64,000 nucleotides of DNA from assembly GCA_951406725.2 (NCBI GenBank), contig OX597820.1:125178001-125242000 (forward strand). The letters run 5' to 3'. Position 1 is the stretch's first letter; every line of letters starts with the position of its first letter. Under the pieces are notes generated by a model that saw only the letters and a program-made list of their open reading frames with translations, ran no database searches and had not been told where the DNA came from. Source of the stretch: Octopus vulgaris (taxonomy: Eukaryota). Positions 44,076-58,275 of this stretch are shown piece by piece. The position numbers and the translations under genes are program-made.

Positions 44076-44759
44076 GAGACAGACAGACAGACCGACAGCC
44101 AGACAGACACAGATTTAATGTGGATATAATTAATAGATTACTATGGCTTGAAAGTAAAAGAAACCACGAATGATGACGTGAGAGTATAACAGATATCAAC
44201 CGATAAAATTAGAGGTTCTGTTAGCGAATGAGACACCCATCAGGAAACATTTACTGGTATTCGATATTCCGCATATCAAAGATTATCCCAAGTTAAGTGG
44301 AATAATATAATATTAAGATAGGCGAATTTACGGTATATCTACAAATGTTTCATTTAAAATATTTCCTCTCACACAACATAGTACAAGTACGCATGCATAT
44401 GCATGCAATATCTATGAGATTATGCGATACGTTTCATTGAGGCATCCACATCTTCCAGTTATACCATAATTTAAACAAGCAAATAATGTTAGGCTGTTAC
44501 GCCAACCAACTCTTCTTCCTTTCTCTGCAAACTGCCATGTATTTCAGTCCTGCTGAAACTATGGACAGTTTTTAGAAAGACTCGCTGTTCCGCAGTAATT
44601 TTTGTGAACGTTTTTAAATCACCCATGAATAGGAAATTGTTTATTGTTTATTTATAGCATATATAACAAATGGTGGTTTCATTTTATACGTTTTGTAGCG
44701 AGGTCAGTTCAAGTCAGAAAAGCAGAGGGGAATCTGAATCTCCTATCATTATTGCAGCT

Positions 44760-45540
44760 TGTTTCCTTGACGCAGCTGCAGTCCTGGGTATAAAAAAAAA
44801 CTGAAACTGGACGCCTGGCACTTAGAATGCCGTCAGGCGTTTACAATCCTCTACCAGTCAGGCAATGGAATCTCGGATGTTCCGCTTTAACAATTTATAG
44901 AAGGACAGATGTGGGAAGTGCGACAACGTTCCCGAGATTCTAGGCGTCGACGAAAAGAAACTGGCCAGACTCTTTAGGAAGATTTTTCGGTCGGGAACTA
45001 TCGTGGATAATTTCCAGATATCCTTGGCCTGGCAATGCTACCGGGAAGCGCTACCAACTTGAGATAAACTTTACAAGCACGGATTTGCTGTCGGACAGGC
45101 TCGTCTGAGGTGCTTACAGTGTGACAAAACCATTCCGCAGGCCCTGGCTCACTTTTCCGGGAATTGCTGATGTGCTGGGTTATATTGAACAGCTGCTGTT
45201 ACGTGTGGGACGGAGCCACCTATCGGCAGAGTCATACTTGTGATAGTCCCACTGCCCTCCTTCTATCGAGCAGGCAAGACAGTTTTCCTTTGCTTGGTAG
45301 CTGTGGCGAGAGATTTTGTCTGGTGCAGGAGACTGAACGGTCTGAGGAGAGATACATTCCTCTAGTAGAACTCTCAGTGACTTCTTCATGTTAAACTTGA
45401 AAAATAAATTGTGGTTGGAAAAGTAAGTGCTGTCCTCCAGTTTATTGAAAGGCGGGTGAAAGTTGCGAAAATAGTAAGAGTAGATAGTATCTTTCTATGT
45501 GGAGACCTGTGAGTCGGAGAAAAAGGAATTAGAGAGGGCA
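44760..45540 (+). mobile_element. Tx1/L1-like LINE 3' remnant (zf-RVT region)
   Basis: LAWQCYREALPT*DKLYKHG...RLRCLQCDKTIPQALAH matches the LPTxDxL...CxxC...ETxxH pattern. Confidence 0.65.
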
Positions 45541-45795
45541 CTTGTCGTTGGTGTTCAAAGAGATCTTGGACAGTAGGTTTCCTCGATTATCCTTAGAAGT
45601 CATCCTGTATCAGGACTATATCTCTAACATCCTCTATTTTTTTAAACTTTGTATACTACATGTTTCCCGTCCTCTTTATTTTATACCGTGTACACTTACT
45701 ATTATTTGCTGTTATTTATTTATTTATTTTATCATTTCATTTTATGTAAACCTTCACACTGTGTGTGTCTTTCATCGATCTCTCATCATTCGCAC

Positions 45796-45796
<1 letters not shown>

Positions 45797-45872
<76 letters not shown>
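45797..45872. repeat. (ATT)n microsatellite
   Basis: Direct reading. Confidence 0.95.
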
Positions 45873-45873
<1 letters not shown>

Positions 45874-46099
45874 TTCGCTATCATTTACTTTCAATTCCGT
45901 TTCTATTTCTTGCCGTGTGCCTTCCTGACATCTAGATCAGAGAAGCCCACTTTATACATTGGTAGGCCATTAAAGTAAACATACCAGATTGTTCATATAT
46001 AAAGTCATGTGATAGCGAAAAAGAAGGAAAAGAGAAAGAAAAACGAAAAAAAAATTTTTTTAATAATAATCAAAGAAAATAAACGGAGAAAATGAAAGA

Positions 46100-47235
46100 A
46101 CATTCTCAGCGACAATGCTCTTTACAGAATATGTGACGTCACAGTTAAGACATTCTTTCACACTTCCTGCATGGATGGTAAACCAGGGATCATCCGTAGA
46201 TAATTTTCAGTTCCTTTTTTAATCATTACAATTATTCCTACAATCACTGGTATTGTAACCGTCTTGAGATATCGAGTCGCAAATCTTTACATTTTCTGTG
46301 CTCATGAAATTCTTTTGCCGAGATATTATGGTCACAGGGTATGCTCATGTCAATCAATAAACAGACATTATTGTTTTGTTCTTTCACAGCAATATCTGGT
46401 TTATTTGATTTGATGGTCCGGTCTGTACATACTGAAAGGTCCCAAAGAATCGTTCCATTTTCTCTCTCAGTTACAGCCTCAGGCCGGTGTCTGTAACACT
46501 TGTCAGCAGTTTTGATTTCGTAATGTCGACACATTATCCAATGCAGATATCAGCCAAGCCTGTCATGTCTTGGTTTGTAGTCTACAGGTGCTAAAACATT
46601 ACTCCCAGAGATTAGGTGGTCCATTGCTTCAATACCATCGTTCCAGTATCGCCACTTTGATCTACTCCATTTTTCATCACATTCGCTTGATACTTCCGGG
46701 TCAATAAGTGCTGTATCAATATTATTATTATTATTAAGGAAGCGAGTTTGAGTATTGTAATACGACTTTATGATTGTATTTGTCAGCTCCCTTAAAGACT
46801 GAAAACTGTTTTTTTCTGTTCGCGTTTTGTGAGTATTTGTATGGTGGTTAATATCTAGCTGTATAAGGCCTGTAGTAACTTCTATACGTTGTATATATAG
46901 CATTTCTATGTCAGATTTTGGGTGGTGCATCCTAAATCCTGCCATTCTTTTTGTTTTCCTCTCTATTTTGATTCGTTCCTTTTGTGTCCACTTAAGGATA
47001 TTGTAGCTGTAACTTAGAACTGAGACTGGTAGAATGTTGATACCTATTATCTTGCTTTTCGCATTGAGCTCTGTTTTCAGTATTAATCTAACTCGTCTAT
47101 AGTATTCTTTTTTTATTTTCTCTTTCATTTGTATGGGTTGCATCGTATCTATTTCACTGATTCCTGGGTATTTGTATGTCTGGTTTTGGTCTAATTCACT
47201 TATTTCATTTGCTTTATCTAGTGTGATATTGCTAT
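46100..47235 (-). mobile_element. R4/Dong-like LINE remnant with restriction-like endonuclease
   Basis: YKYPGI...KEYYRRVRLILKTELNAKSKI...HHPKSDIEMLY, DHLISG...YKPRHD, and ILWD...NKPDI...LIDMSIP (PD-D motif). Confidence 0.88.
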
Positions 47236-47659
47236 TAGTATCATCATCATCATCATCTTCATCGTTGTTGTTATTAAAGCGGCGAGATGGCAGACTCTTT
47301 ACCGTGCCGGAGAAACCACCAAGTGGTATTTTTTCCAAGTTTACGTTGCTAAAGCCTATAGCAGAAAGCATTATCTTATTATCGTTATTATTTGATTAAT
47401 TAAATTATATATTTTATATATTTATTTTACGAATGTGTGCATTCGTTGTTCGGCAACGTATGTAGAATAGCATAATGATGCTGCGACTGATTGATGATGC
47501 AAGTCATCGATCAATACTAAATAATATAGGCTAAAGTTCAATAAGTACTCAAAGACACTTAAATTTATATGCTTTTCTTCTTTTCTAACCCCCTCTCTCT
47601 CTTTGCCTCTCTCTCTCTCTCTCTACTCTCTCACTCTCTCTCTCTATCTATTTCAGTAT

Positions 47660-47711
<52 letters not shown>

Positions 47712-48057
47712 TCAACATAATTTTGCAGCAAATGATTGTGTAGTGAATTAATATATACTTATACATAGTTAGGACAAAATCATTATTTAATGGTTTACCA
47801 GTGGCAAGCGTACTAACAAGACCATAATGGTTAATTTATATTTAAGTATAATTATAAGACATAATAAGAAGAGCGCTGAAATGGCAACGTCTGTACGCTA
47901 GAAATAGACTCCAAATGATCTACAACATATTTAACTTGTAGCTCCATTACCATATATATGTATGAGTATGCTTGTTTGTGTGTGTATGTATCCATGTATT
48001 TGTTTGCATTCATATATTCATATATATATTTTTTTTCATATATATATATTTTCATAT

Positions 48058-48266
<209 letters not shown>

Positions 48267-49094
48267 TGGATGTATCACAAACGCATATTTCCGTCTGTCG
48301 TACGGTCTTACGCTGTCCGACTTCAGCTGTTGCAGAGACCGTTTGGCTACCTTCTGCAGTATTAGCAACAAAAATGCAATTTGATGTTCGCTTCATACAC
48401 TTATTTACCTGAGTCGTGCTTGTCATCTGCAAAGAAGGTTACATAACAGAAGAGAATGTGACAGAAGGTCATGAAGCGTGTTTGAAGTAAAATGTACTGG
48501 TACTAAAATATAGAGATGCTAAGAGAGGATTGATAGAAATACACAGATATTTAGGCATGCAGACACTCACTCTTACGTACGTACGCACAACGCGCGCACG
48601 CAGATACACAGACACACAGACACACACACGCGCGCGCACGTACACAGACACACACATATGGGTGTGGAACTGCCACACCCACTCAAGACATCTAGATGCT
48701 GAGGGAGAGAGAGGATAAAGTGGTTCCCAAAGTGGCCGATATTGGTATTGGCAGAGCCACGGGTAAGAGGGCTGTTGCCCAAGTAGTGCAAAAGTGTCAT
48801 CCGCCAGGAGTAACAGGGGACTGCCAGTAAAAAAGTGGATGCAGTGATGCACTAACTGGTATGTGCATGTATGAATGTATGCACGCGTGAATATATGTAT
48901 GTATATATGGATGTATATATGCATGTCTGTATGTACGTATGCATCTATGTCTGTATGTATGTTTGTGTGCATGTATGTATACATATGTATGTATAACTGA
49001 AAATCTCTGCATAACAAAAGTGAAAGTATTTTTTTAATACTGTATTCGGTTACGAGACACAATTTCTCTGTCATAATTCGATATTGTGATTTTA

Positions 49095-49520
49095 TCTGCA
49101 TCCCACACTGTCTTTCTTGAAAGAGTCATATACAATTTGCCATGTTCATGTTCAAATAAATCACTTGAGAAGGGTATATTTATTTTACTCAATGATGACA
49201 TAGCTATATATTGACTGTCATTTTGAAAACTACTCAAACTCGAAGCTGTAATTGCATAAGGTTCAATTGCTGCGCAATGACGTTTTCCATTGTGTTCACG
49301 CTCACTCACAATGTCACATTCAATCCTGCCTTAAGTGTATGGATTGTCCACATTCTTGTTCATTCGAAAAGTGCATTACTCTTAGGTAAATTTCCCTATA
49401 ACGCTAAATTTTATTCTTTTCTTTGGGTAAATGATGTGGGGGCACTCCACGTACTAACAGATCTTTAGAAATATCATTGTACTACATTATTAGTTATCTT
49501 CATTTTGATGACAACAAATA
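49095..49520 (-). mobile_element. Helitron Pif1-like helicase remnant
   Basis: Frameshifted motifs in the correct order: GVPPHHL, FKMTVN (FAMTIN), SLSKINI...HGKLYMTLSR (HGQLYVALSR). Confidence 0.65.
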
Positions 49521-50585
49521 CTTTTCTATATGACATTTTCTCATTTAAGGCGCATCATACTGCTCTACAAATGATCAACAAGAACATAGTTACAGCATAC
49601 TATTACTCCGTTTGAAGAGTGTGAAAATTCTACCTATTATATCGTTCCCATATTGAAGACAAAATATAGTTTATAATGTTCGAGAAATACCTTACTTAGA
49701 TTCCTAACATATCTTTCTTTTACAAATTGTATATCACTCCGTACTATAGATGAAAGTTCATAGGGTATCAAGCCGAGGTAATTACAGAAATTCAATTTCC
49801 ACTTTAAAATTCATAATGCCAAGTATTTTCCTAATGAGAATGTAAAAAAGAAAAACAATGTTGCATTCCTAAACATTCCGAACTGTAAATCGGCAAACAT
49901 TTTTGTTACAGATCATTATTTATGCACAGTCATTGGTTCCTATTATAGACATCACGGCGCCATTCATCATTTCCTTGCTATGGTGAATAGATGAGTAAGA
50001 TGATTTATGTTGTTAATTTGACCTAATTTATTAAAAACACACTTTTCAAATTGTCAGAATATGTAGAACCTAAAATGAATAAGAATAATGAACAAGTCTT
50101 GACATCTTATATACATATGCAATCAATCTTAAAAGCAATGAATGTGTCCTAACAAAGTATATTTATCTTAAATTATATAAAATTATAAAAATGAAGAATT
50201 AATGAAAACCTCGTGTATTTTCTTTTTAATTGTTTTGTCGCAAATAGAAAACAAAAAGAAATGCTTTTTCATGACTTGTAACAAAAAGTTACATTTATTT
50301 ATTTATTCGTTCTGTCGATGCAAGCATTTATAATTGACGTTCTCTTACATTCAAATGTTTTAATTACAATAGAAAAGGTAGGGCAAAATGTAATTAATTA
50401 AAAACCCACTGATTTCAAAATGAAATGGTGACATCCTGTTGTTTCAAATATAAAATTAATCGCCCATTTAAGTCGTAAACAGAAAGCACATCTAATACTT
50501 TCATTGAATCTTGGAAATATTTGTTATTTGATTGTGTACTTACAGTTTGCATTCGTTAAATTTGGTAATATTCAAAATATGCAGA

Positions 50586-51300
50586 GCGGTGAGCTGGTAG
50601 AATCGTTAGCAATGCTGGGTAAAGCGCTTAGAGATACTTCATCCGTCCTTACGTTCGGAGTTCAAATTCCGCCCAGGTCATATTTGTCTTTCATCCCTTC
50701 TGAGTCGACGAAATAAGTGCAGAAATTGCTGACCTTGCGGCAAAATTTGTGACCAATTGTTTAAATACGTTGGGCGTCGAGTTGGCTGAATCGTTAGTAC
50801 GTCGAAAAAATATGTTTAGCAGCATCTCGTCGTTTCGTACGTTCTGAGATCTAGTTTTGCTGAGGGCGACTTTGCCTTTCATACTTTCATGGTCGAGAAA
50901 ATAATTGCCAGTCGCGGTTTAGATTTGATATAATCTACTTACGAATTCTTTGGATAACACTGACATTGTGTCAAAAATGAGAAACAAATATTACTAATAT
51001 AAGCGTAGAACGTAAAATATACATGTTTTTTGTGCGTCAGGAAAGAACGATATAGTGGTACCGATATATATATATATATACATATATAGAAATGCAGGTA
51101 GATAAATGTAAATAAAGTACGTTATTTAGTATAGGCACAGTTAATAATGGATTCTCCTTTAAGTAAAAAGCCTGAAACTTTGGGGAAGAGGTTAGCCTAA
51201 TTCATCGATCCTAGTGATCAACTCGTAATTATTTTGTTGGGCCTGAGCAATGAAAGCAAAAGTAGATCTTGGTGACATTTGATCTCAGAACGTGAAACTG
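50586..51300. mobile_element. Cluster of degenerate SINE family B copies (~50586-50750 +, ~50773-50970 +, ~51165-51300 -)
   Basis: GCGGTGAGCTGGTAGAATCGTTAGC heads and GACTTTGCCTTTCATACTTTC body motifs. Confidence 0.7.
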
Positions 51301-51889
51301 GAAAGAAAAATCATGCCTAATAATATTTTTACTATAAATTTATGTCAGTATAGAATATGACGTGTGGAAATATTGCTTCACAAAATATACATTAAACGCA
51401 ATTTGTCAAAGAATCAGTTCCATCTTCTTTAAAATTCATGTTAACATGAACAGTTTATTAAGTTCAAATTTTTATTTCATTAAAAACTCAAATACAATAA
51501 ACTACATATAGAAATATTTAAAAACGTTTTCATATGATCATTACTATTCGTATTAATGTAGTTTCTTTTAATGTTTCAAATTTTAATATGGTGATAATTA
51601 TGTAAGTTTACAAAATTTTACTTTCGTACTGTACCAATAACTTAAAACTAAATTAGATTTCCGGAAATTTTCCGATCTTCACAAGCAATAAAAACTTAAT
51701 ATTGATTTCTTTCAATTAGAAACAAAAACAAATGCCTCCAAGAATGAGGTGGATAGAATATATTATTTCATTTATGTATTATGATGGAGAGTATTAGATC
51801 AGCACAACGAATGCCATTAAAATGTACAGGGTTGGCCAAAAGTCACGCACCAACCAATTTGACATTCTTTTTCTAGATTACGTCATTCA

Positions 51890-52100
51890 GGCGGTGAGCT
51901 AGCAGAATCGTTAGCAAACCAAGCAAAATGATTAGGGATATTTCGTTTGTCTTACGTTCTGAGTTCGAAATTCTGCCGAGCTCCCCTTTGCTTTTCATCT
52001 TTCCTGAGTCGATAAATCAATTACCAGTGAAACACTGGTGTCGACGAGATCGAAGAATCCCCTCCCGCAAACTTACAGGCCATGTAACTTTGGTTGGGAG
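51890..52100 (+). mobile_element. SINE family B
   Basis: GGCGGTGAGCTAGCAGAATCGTTAGC...CTGAGTTCGAAATTC...GTCGATAAATCAATTACCAG. Confidence 0.75.
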
Positions 52101-53374
52101 GATTATTATAACTGTTGTTGGTATTCAATTTCATTAACACGTACAAGTACGTATGTATTCATCTTTACTTAATTTCAGAAGAATTGAAGCATGTCTTTGA
52201 AAATTCTGAAACGTACCGAGCTTATTTTGTGCGTAACTTGTGGTCTACCCTGTATCTTAATATATTTAAAAGCACTTGCGTTAGAAGGAATAATTTCGCT
52301 GTCAGAATTGCAGTTATATTTATCATGTGCTACTTTGTTAATTTCCAACATTATAGGTACTGGCCGATGTTGTAAAGAAATGCTAAGTGAAAGGATGTTG
52401 GACAAGAAAATGAATTGTTGATGAGTTAATGTAATTATTAGTAAGTCATTATGTAAAAAAGTACCGGCTTGAGGGTAGTATTGCTCACTAAAATTAGAAT
52501 TCAGATCTTTCTAAAGTTTGAAACTACAGTCTAAAAAACAAGTTCGTATTGGATGAACTTAGAATTTTATCACTGGGTAAATGCCTTGGCGAGAGATAGA
52601 TTATCTCTTACTGGAGCACATATCATCATAGTCCAATTTCTGATGTTCTGGGATTAAACAGTAACAGTGATAGTGTGTAAACAGCGTAAACAGAAATAGT
52701 GTGTAGCGTTGAATTCTTAACGAACGCTTCATTCACAGTTCATTCTAACATCCTTTTCACCATCACATATGACCAATGCAGTTTTATACTTGCCGCTCTT
52801 CTCTAGAAATATATCTCTTCTATGGCAGAAGCAATGCATTCAGACGCTTTGAATGTATTATCAAATAATGATTCTCGCTTATCTAACTTCATTTCTGAAA
52901 AAGCATAAATGATACCAAATACATTTTGGAATGATAAACACAAACTCTGCAACAAATACAATTCTTTATTGTTATCCATCGACATTCATTCAGATTCGCA
53001 TACGAAATTATGTATAACTTTTCTTTAGGTGTGCGTCTATTTTCCTTTATGTACAGGAAGTAGTATCGTCTATTGGTTTGCCGTATTATGTTACTAGTAC
53101 TATTTTGACATATGCAGATATTATATGAGTCAGGAGGTTGTGAGAGGAAATGAATATAAAAATACTTTTTCACTCTGTATGATTTATACCTGAAAGGAAT
53201 TGGATTCTTGCTTTGACAAGAATCCGGATTTAGTAGCAGTAGGCTGTTATCAGAAACAGAAAGAGAAAATAAATAAATATCTTATGGAAATTAGACCTAT
53301 GCTTTGAAGTGCCACCAACACTCTTTTCTGTATAATAGGTAATTATATATAGTCCGGGTAATGGTTTCAGATGG

Positions 53375-53566
53375 TTTCAAATTTTGTCACAAGGCCGGTA
53401 ATTTCATGGGAGGGAATAAGTAGATTACATTGACTCCAGTGTTCAACTGGTAATTATTTTATCGCTCCCTAAAAAGGAAAAGCAAAGCCGACCTCGGTGA
53501 ACATACAGACGGACGAAATACCACTAATCGTTTTGTTCGGCGTGCTAACGTTTCTGCTAGCTCACT
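53375..53566 (-). mobile_element. SINE family B, degenerate
   Basis: Reverse complement of the family B head (CGGCGTGCTAACGTTTCTGCTAGCTCAC) and body. Confidence 0.7.
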
Positions 53567-55431
53567 TTATACAGTAGGAATGATGCTAAACTATTCAGGT
53601 GTCAGAACATATATATATATTAACCCTTCGTGGGCCAGCAGTGTTGGAATTACACAAAAGGTTATTGGTGTCCCCTTTTAATTTTGCGCATTTCCGCACT
53701 ATCTATAAAGTAATGTTTGTGTATGATACAGAACATAAAATTTAGCATTTATTTTATAGCTTTATAAACTATACATATAGCACTAAATAAAGCATAAAAA
53801 AAGAATAATAGCAAAAATTTTATCGATTAATGTCAGTACAAATACGGAGAAAATTGACTTGTAGCTCATCAGAATATCTGAAAAAAGAACAAGAAAAATA
53901 ATTTCACAGAAGGCCATTGGGATCCAGTTGGACCCCCAAAGACCACATTTTATTATCTAAATAGCAGCAGATACGACAGATTCTTTGCTTCATATAATGG
54001 TGATCTTGGCGTGTAACCTTCTAAATATAAGCAACTGTCTTATTAAATACCTGTCATAGAGGTGTGTGTGCTTGTGTTTGTGGGTGTGGGTGTTGCATGG
54101 CTCCTGTAAGTTATTCTGATATATTTGGTGAAATAATGAATGATTCTTATTTATCTACACACACACACACACACACACACATTTTGAGAAATATTAATGA
54201 AATGTATCACCAAATAATAAAAAAAAGATGTTATGAACACTACAGTAAATTTCATTCCCTATTCTGGTACAACAATATGCATTTTTTCTTACAGATTTAT
54301 GGATACTCGTTGTGCACTTAACAATAGCGAATCTTATAATGTTAGGAATGATATATTCCTTAACTGAAATTCAATGATTTTATTTAAAATAATATTGTAG
54401 ATTAAGTATAGAATAAGATTTAGATTACGATAAACACTAGCATTTCAATTCCAAAAGAAAAAAGAAACAAAATTGCTTTTAGTTAAGACAATAGAAATAT
54501 TTCTTTAAAATCGGTAATACTTAAATGGTGGCTTGGCTTGGGCAGAAAGTTGCAGCAAATGATTAGAATTTATAGACGAAAATGAGTTACCTATAATTAA
54601 CAGCGTAGTTTGTACTGAGCTTATTTCACGAGATTTTAGTTTCCATGGCACGCTCTATATGTTTGGTCGGACTGGGCAGGCGATATAATTAGAAATATCC
54701 AATTTCGTTCTCTGGATGTCATGGATAACAGATCTTAGTACGTTATACTAGACAGATATCCTAAACGGAGAGAATTGTGTCTCTCGTAATTAGACATCGG
54801 AGCCAACCACCAGCTTTATTATACCAGCAGTATGTACACATATTTATATTATATACGTAGAAGCTATAAGGAAACTAAGAATCAGAGGATACTAAATATG
54901 AAATTATAATGTTCAGAATTATTATTGCTAAAACTACATCAGATCTGAAAGGCTTCATCATTATATAGAATCGTGTCTTATTAAATATTCAATATTTACG
55001 CATCATTCACCATTTATAACATGTCGGTCAGTATTTACATTTTACAATTTCTTACAAATATTTAGTTTCTAAACAAAAAGAAGTGAATATTAAGAAATAT
55101 TTATATCGTATGAATATTAACACTATTCATATCGTATAAACTCTACATATTATGTGGTATTTAGAAAATGTGTGTTGAGTCGTGTTTGGTACAGTTCAAA
55201 AATTTACTAATAATTATAGGAGAAACGATTAATATTTATAAATGTATTCATTTATCGAACATGTATTTACAAATTTCTGCCAATAATATAAATATAATAT
55301 GAACGGATTTTTCCTTTTCTAACATATTAGTTAAGGAAGAATAGTGCTTCTCGTAGATCAACAATAATTAGAATGAAACTTTGCTCCGGAGAACGAGCAA
55401 AACTTGTGATCCCGTAGCAAAACATATCTGA

Positions 55432-55747
55432 AGGCACGTGGGTTTGTGGTAGAGTATTCGGCCCACAATCGCAAGGTTTTGAGTTCGATATGCAGCAGCA
55501 CCTTGTGTTCTTGAACAAGAAACTTTATTTTTGCACTGCCCTAATCAACCATGCGAAACTGAGTAGTACATGTATTACAAAGTGCCAGCCCTGCCACATT
55601 CTGTATCACAGTGTATCTCCTTGAAAAGTAAGTTAAGGATATTCATGTATTTAGAGTACGGAGCCACTGGCATATTAATATCCCGAGTAAGCTGTTCCGT
55701 TGATCGAATTAACTGGAATACTCGTCACCATAAGTGATGGAGTACCA
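55432..55747 (+). mobile_element. Degenerate tRNA-derived SINE with CORE-like central segment; related heads at ~533-800, ~17355-17480 and ~35120-35330
   Basis: B box GAGTTCGAT, central GTGTTCTTGAACAAGAAACTTTATTT, and tail GCTGTTCCGTTGATCGAATTAACTGGAA. Confidence 0.7.
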
Positions 55748-55966
55748 TATAGGATATATAAAATCTAGTGTAAGTAAAATGTATTTTAAGAAAAAAGACA
55801 TCCATACAGTTTTTTTACTATCTTAGATGCTTCAAGAAAACAGCAAATATAATTGGCTTCACTATAGCTTTTAGATTTCATCTTTCGAGCAAATATTTCA
55901 AACTATTCTCAAAACGCATTCACACGCAAACATACACACAAACATATACACACACATATATGCATC

Positions 55967-56002
<36 letters not shown>

Positions 56003-56346
56003 GTGTGTATATATATATATACAAAATAAGAAAAATGGAGAAATACACCTTAATCAATAATCAACTACCAGATAATACCCAATCACATAATTTATTAAAT
56101 CACTACATATGAGCATTAAGTATAGAACAAAACAATGTACATCAATAAGTAATATGATACAATAAGTACAGTATGTATAAGTGAATATAAATAAATACAA
56201 ATATAAATATAAACTACATCTTACAGCTGTTTCAGCCATGCAGATATGGGTATCTCATTATGCTCATATTAGCCATGTGTGATAAGTTAATATGTGGTTA
56301 TAAATGAGACACTTACAAAAATATCCCAAGGCCTCATGCATATATA

Positions 56347-56520
56347 TCTACTACATATGTGGAAAATTCTGTCAGTGTGTGTCTTTGTGGAGTTGATAGA
56401 TAACTCCTCCTACATAGTTTAATCGATTTCGATGAAACTTGTCACGTGAGTAGAACTTATAACTGGAAACATTATGGCATACTGAGATTGTTGAAAAAAT
56501 CGATAATAAGGCTCACTGGA
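56347..56520 (+). mobile_element. Possible non-autonomous Helitron/Helentron-like 5' end
   Basis: A|TCTACTAC start, a CTGT/GT-rich patch, then TAACTCCTCC...ATCGATTTCGATGAAACTTG, as in DINE-like elements. Recognised from memory only. Confidence 0.4.
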
Positions 56521-57229
56521 AGGGAGCCTTATATAATCTAATATATTTTACTTTAAAAACCGAGTGGAATAACCCATTCATGTTCTTAAATTATTTGGTA
56601 AAAATGAAATTGAAATTGCCTATTTCTTAGTATTTGAACTGTTAGAGTTATTTTCGCAATTTATCCAGTACAACTCTTAAACAATAGATCCACTTATTCC
56701 AGATAGTGAATTATTCACGAATATACTAATACTAGCGCTCCTGAGGGTAATATTCTCTGGGAACGTACAAAAGCCCTTTTGAGAGATATTTACTTCACGA
56801 TTTTAGTATACATAACTTATTAGTATTTTCTTCTCTGTTCATGGGACGAATCATAAAACGATGTGCTTGAAAGGCGGATGTCTTACCACTCAATCTCATC
56901 TCGTCAGAATTCATAATTTGGGACAGAATTGGACAAATCGTTGCTTGAAATCTACCTTATAAATTCCACGCATTTAAAAAAAAAATTCTGTTTGACATTT
57001 CTCGTTTCCTTCTTGATTCTATCTCGGGTGTCTGCTACATCAGCTTCTCCACGATTATGACAGGTGTCTGACGTTTCTTTCTGATTTGCGTTCAATTTTC
57101 ATCGAAATATCTATCCCCATAGCACAAGGATTTCCTTGGTTCCTTTAGCACTTGTTACAAGTTTCTGTTGGCAAACTTCGATAGTGAATCAGTGAGGATT
57201 TAAAGTAGGTCATGTATTAGCATGTATAA

Positions 57230-57305
<76 letters not shown>

Positions 57306-57396
57306 TTATATATGTATGTATGTATTAGACAAAAAGTGATACAAAGGTAAGACTCTGAGGAGTTTGCAGGGCATTTATAAGGAAAGAGATGTAGCT

Positions 57397-57450
57397 ATAG
57401 CCTTACAGCTGTTGCTGGGATATTATGGATATCCCTTCATCAGAGTCTAT
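57397..57450 (-). ncRNA. Hammerhead ribozyme motif with one core substitution (GAAA to GCAA), probably inactive
   Basis: Minus strand reads ATAGACT-CTGATGA-A-GGGATAT-CCATA-ATATCCC-A-GCAA-CAGCTG-TA-AGGCTAT. Stem II has 7 bp, stem I has 6 of 7 pairs, and stem III is the palindrome ACAGCTGT. Confidence 0.75.
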
Positions 57451-57487
57451 GTGAGATGGTAAAATAGAGGTAAATGCATAAATTCGA

Positions 57488-57651
57488 AATAAGGAATTAT
57501 TTTGGAAAAGGCCGAGATAGGGAATATATTGGGAAATAAGAGAATGAAATTAGAAAAATTGTACTTCGATGTTTTACATTTTATTTCTACTTTCATTTTT
57601 TATTTCCCTCTGTATTCCCTATCTCCTCCTTTTCCGCAATATTTCCTTATT
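57488..57651. repeat. Imperfect ~68-bp inverted repeat next to a hammerhead motif
   Basis: AATAAGGAATTATT...GAGATAGGGAATA...GGGAAATAA...TAGAAA pairs with 57584-57651. Confidence 0.85.
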
Positions 57652-58225
57652 GTAGACTTCATATCTGAGCTTTTGGGTGTTCATACCGGTTAATACCCTT
57701 AGTATGCTTTCTACATTTATGAAAACGTTTTCTGTGCGTCAGAGAAATAGGCTAATGTAGTGTATTTAAACTTGCCTCAACATTACAGTTTAAATTTTAT
57801 ATGTATACGTGAATAGATGAGTACATAATTTCAAACTGATTATGGAGTAAGTCAAATACTCGTACCACTTACCGCTGATTTAAAGAATTACGATTGATTA
57901 AATTAGTTTCAAGTTACTTACGAAATAACGTGAGAAGGAATTCCAGATATTCCCTTTAATGTGATGACTAATGTAGTATACGTCCATATGCATATACATA
58001 CATAGATGCATACATATTTTATGTATGAATATTTTTTGGCATATATAAATGTGCATGAGTGTCTATATACTCATACCCGTAAAGAGACACAAACACACAC
58101 ACACACATATATATGTATATATGTATATACATATATACATACAAGAGTTACGGAATGCGTAGGGAAGATATTGGCTACATACGCTTCACAGCGAGCGTAA
58201 CCTCGGAAATGGTAAGGTCCAAGTG

Positions 58226-58275
<50 letters not shown>

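Noticed and set aside
51826-51865. TACAGGGTTGGCCAAAAGTCAC, a Tc1/mariner TIR-like sequence
   Set aside because: No partner TIR or transposase found.
52550-53200. Overlapping minus-strand ORFs with acceptor-like sites
   Set aside because: No recognisable motifs, and stops follow soon after the putative acceptors.
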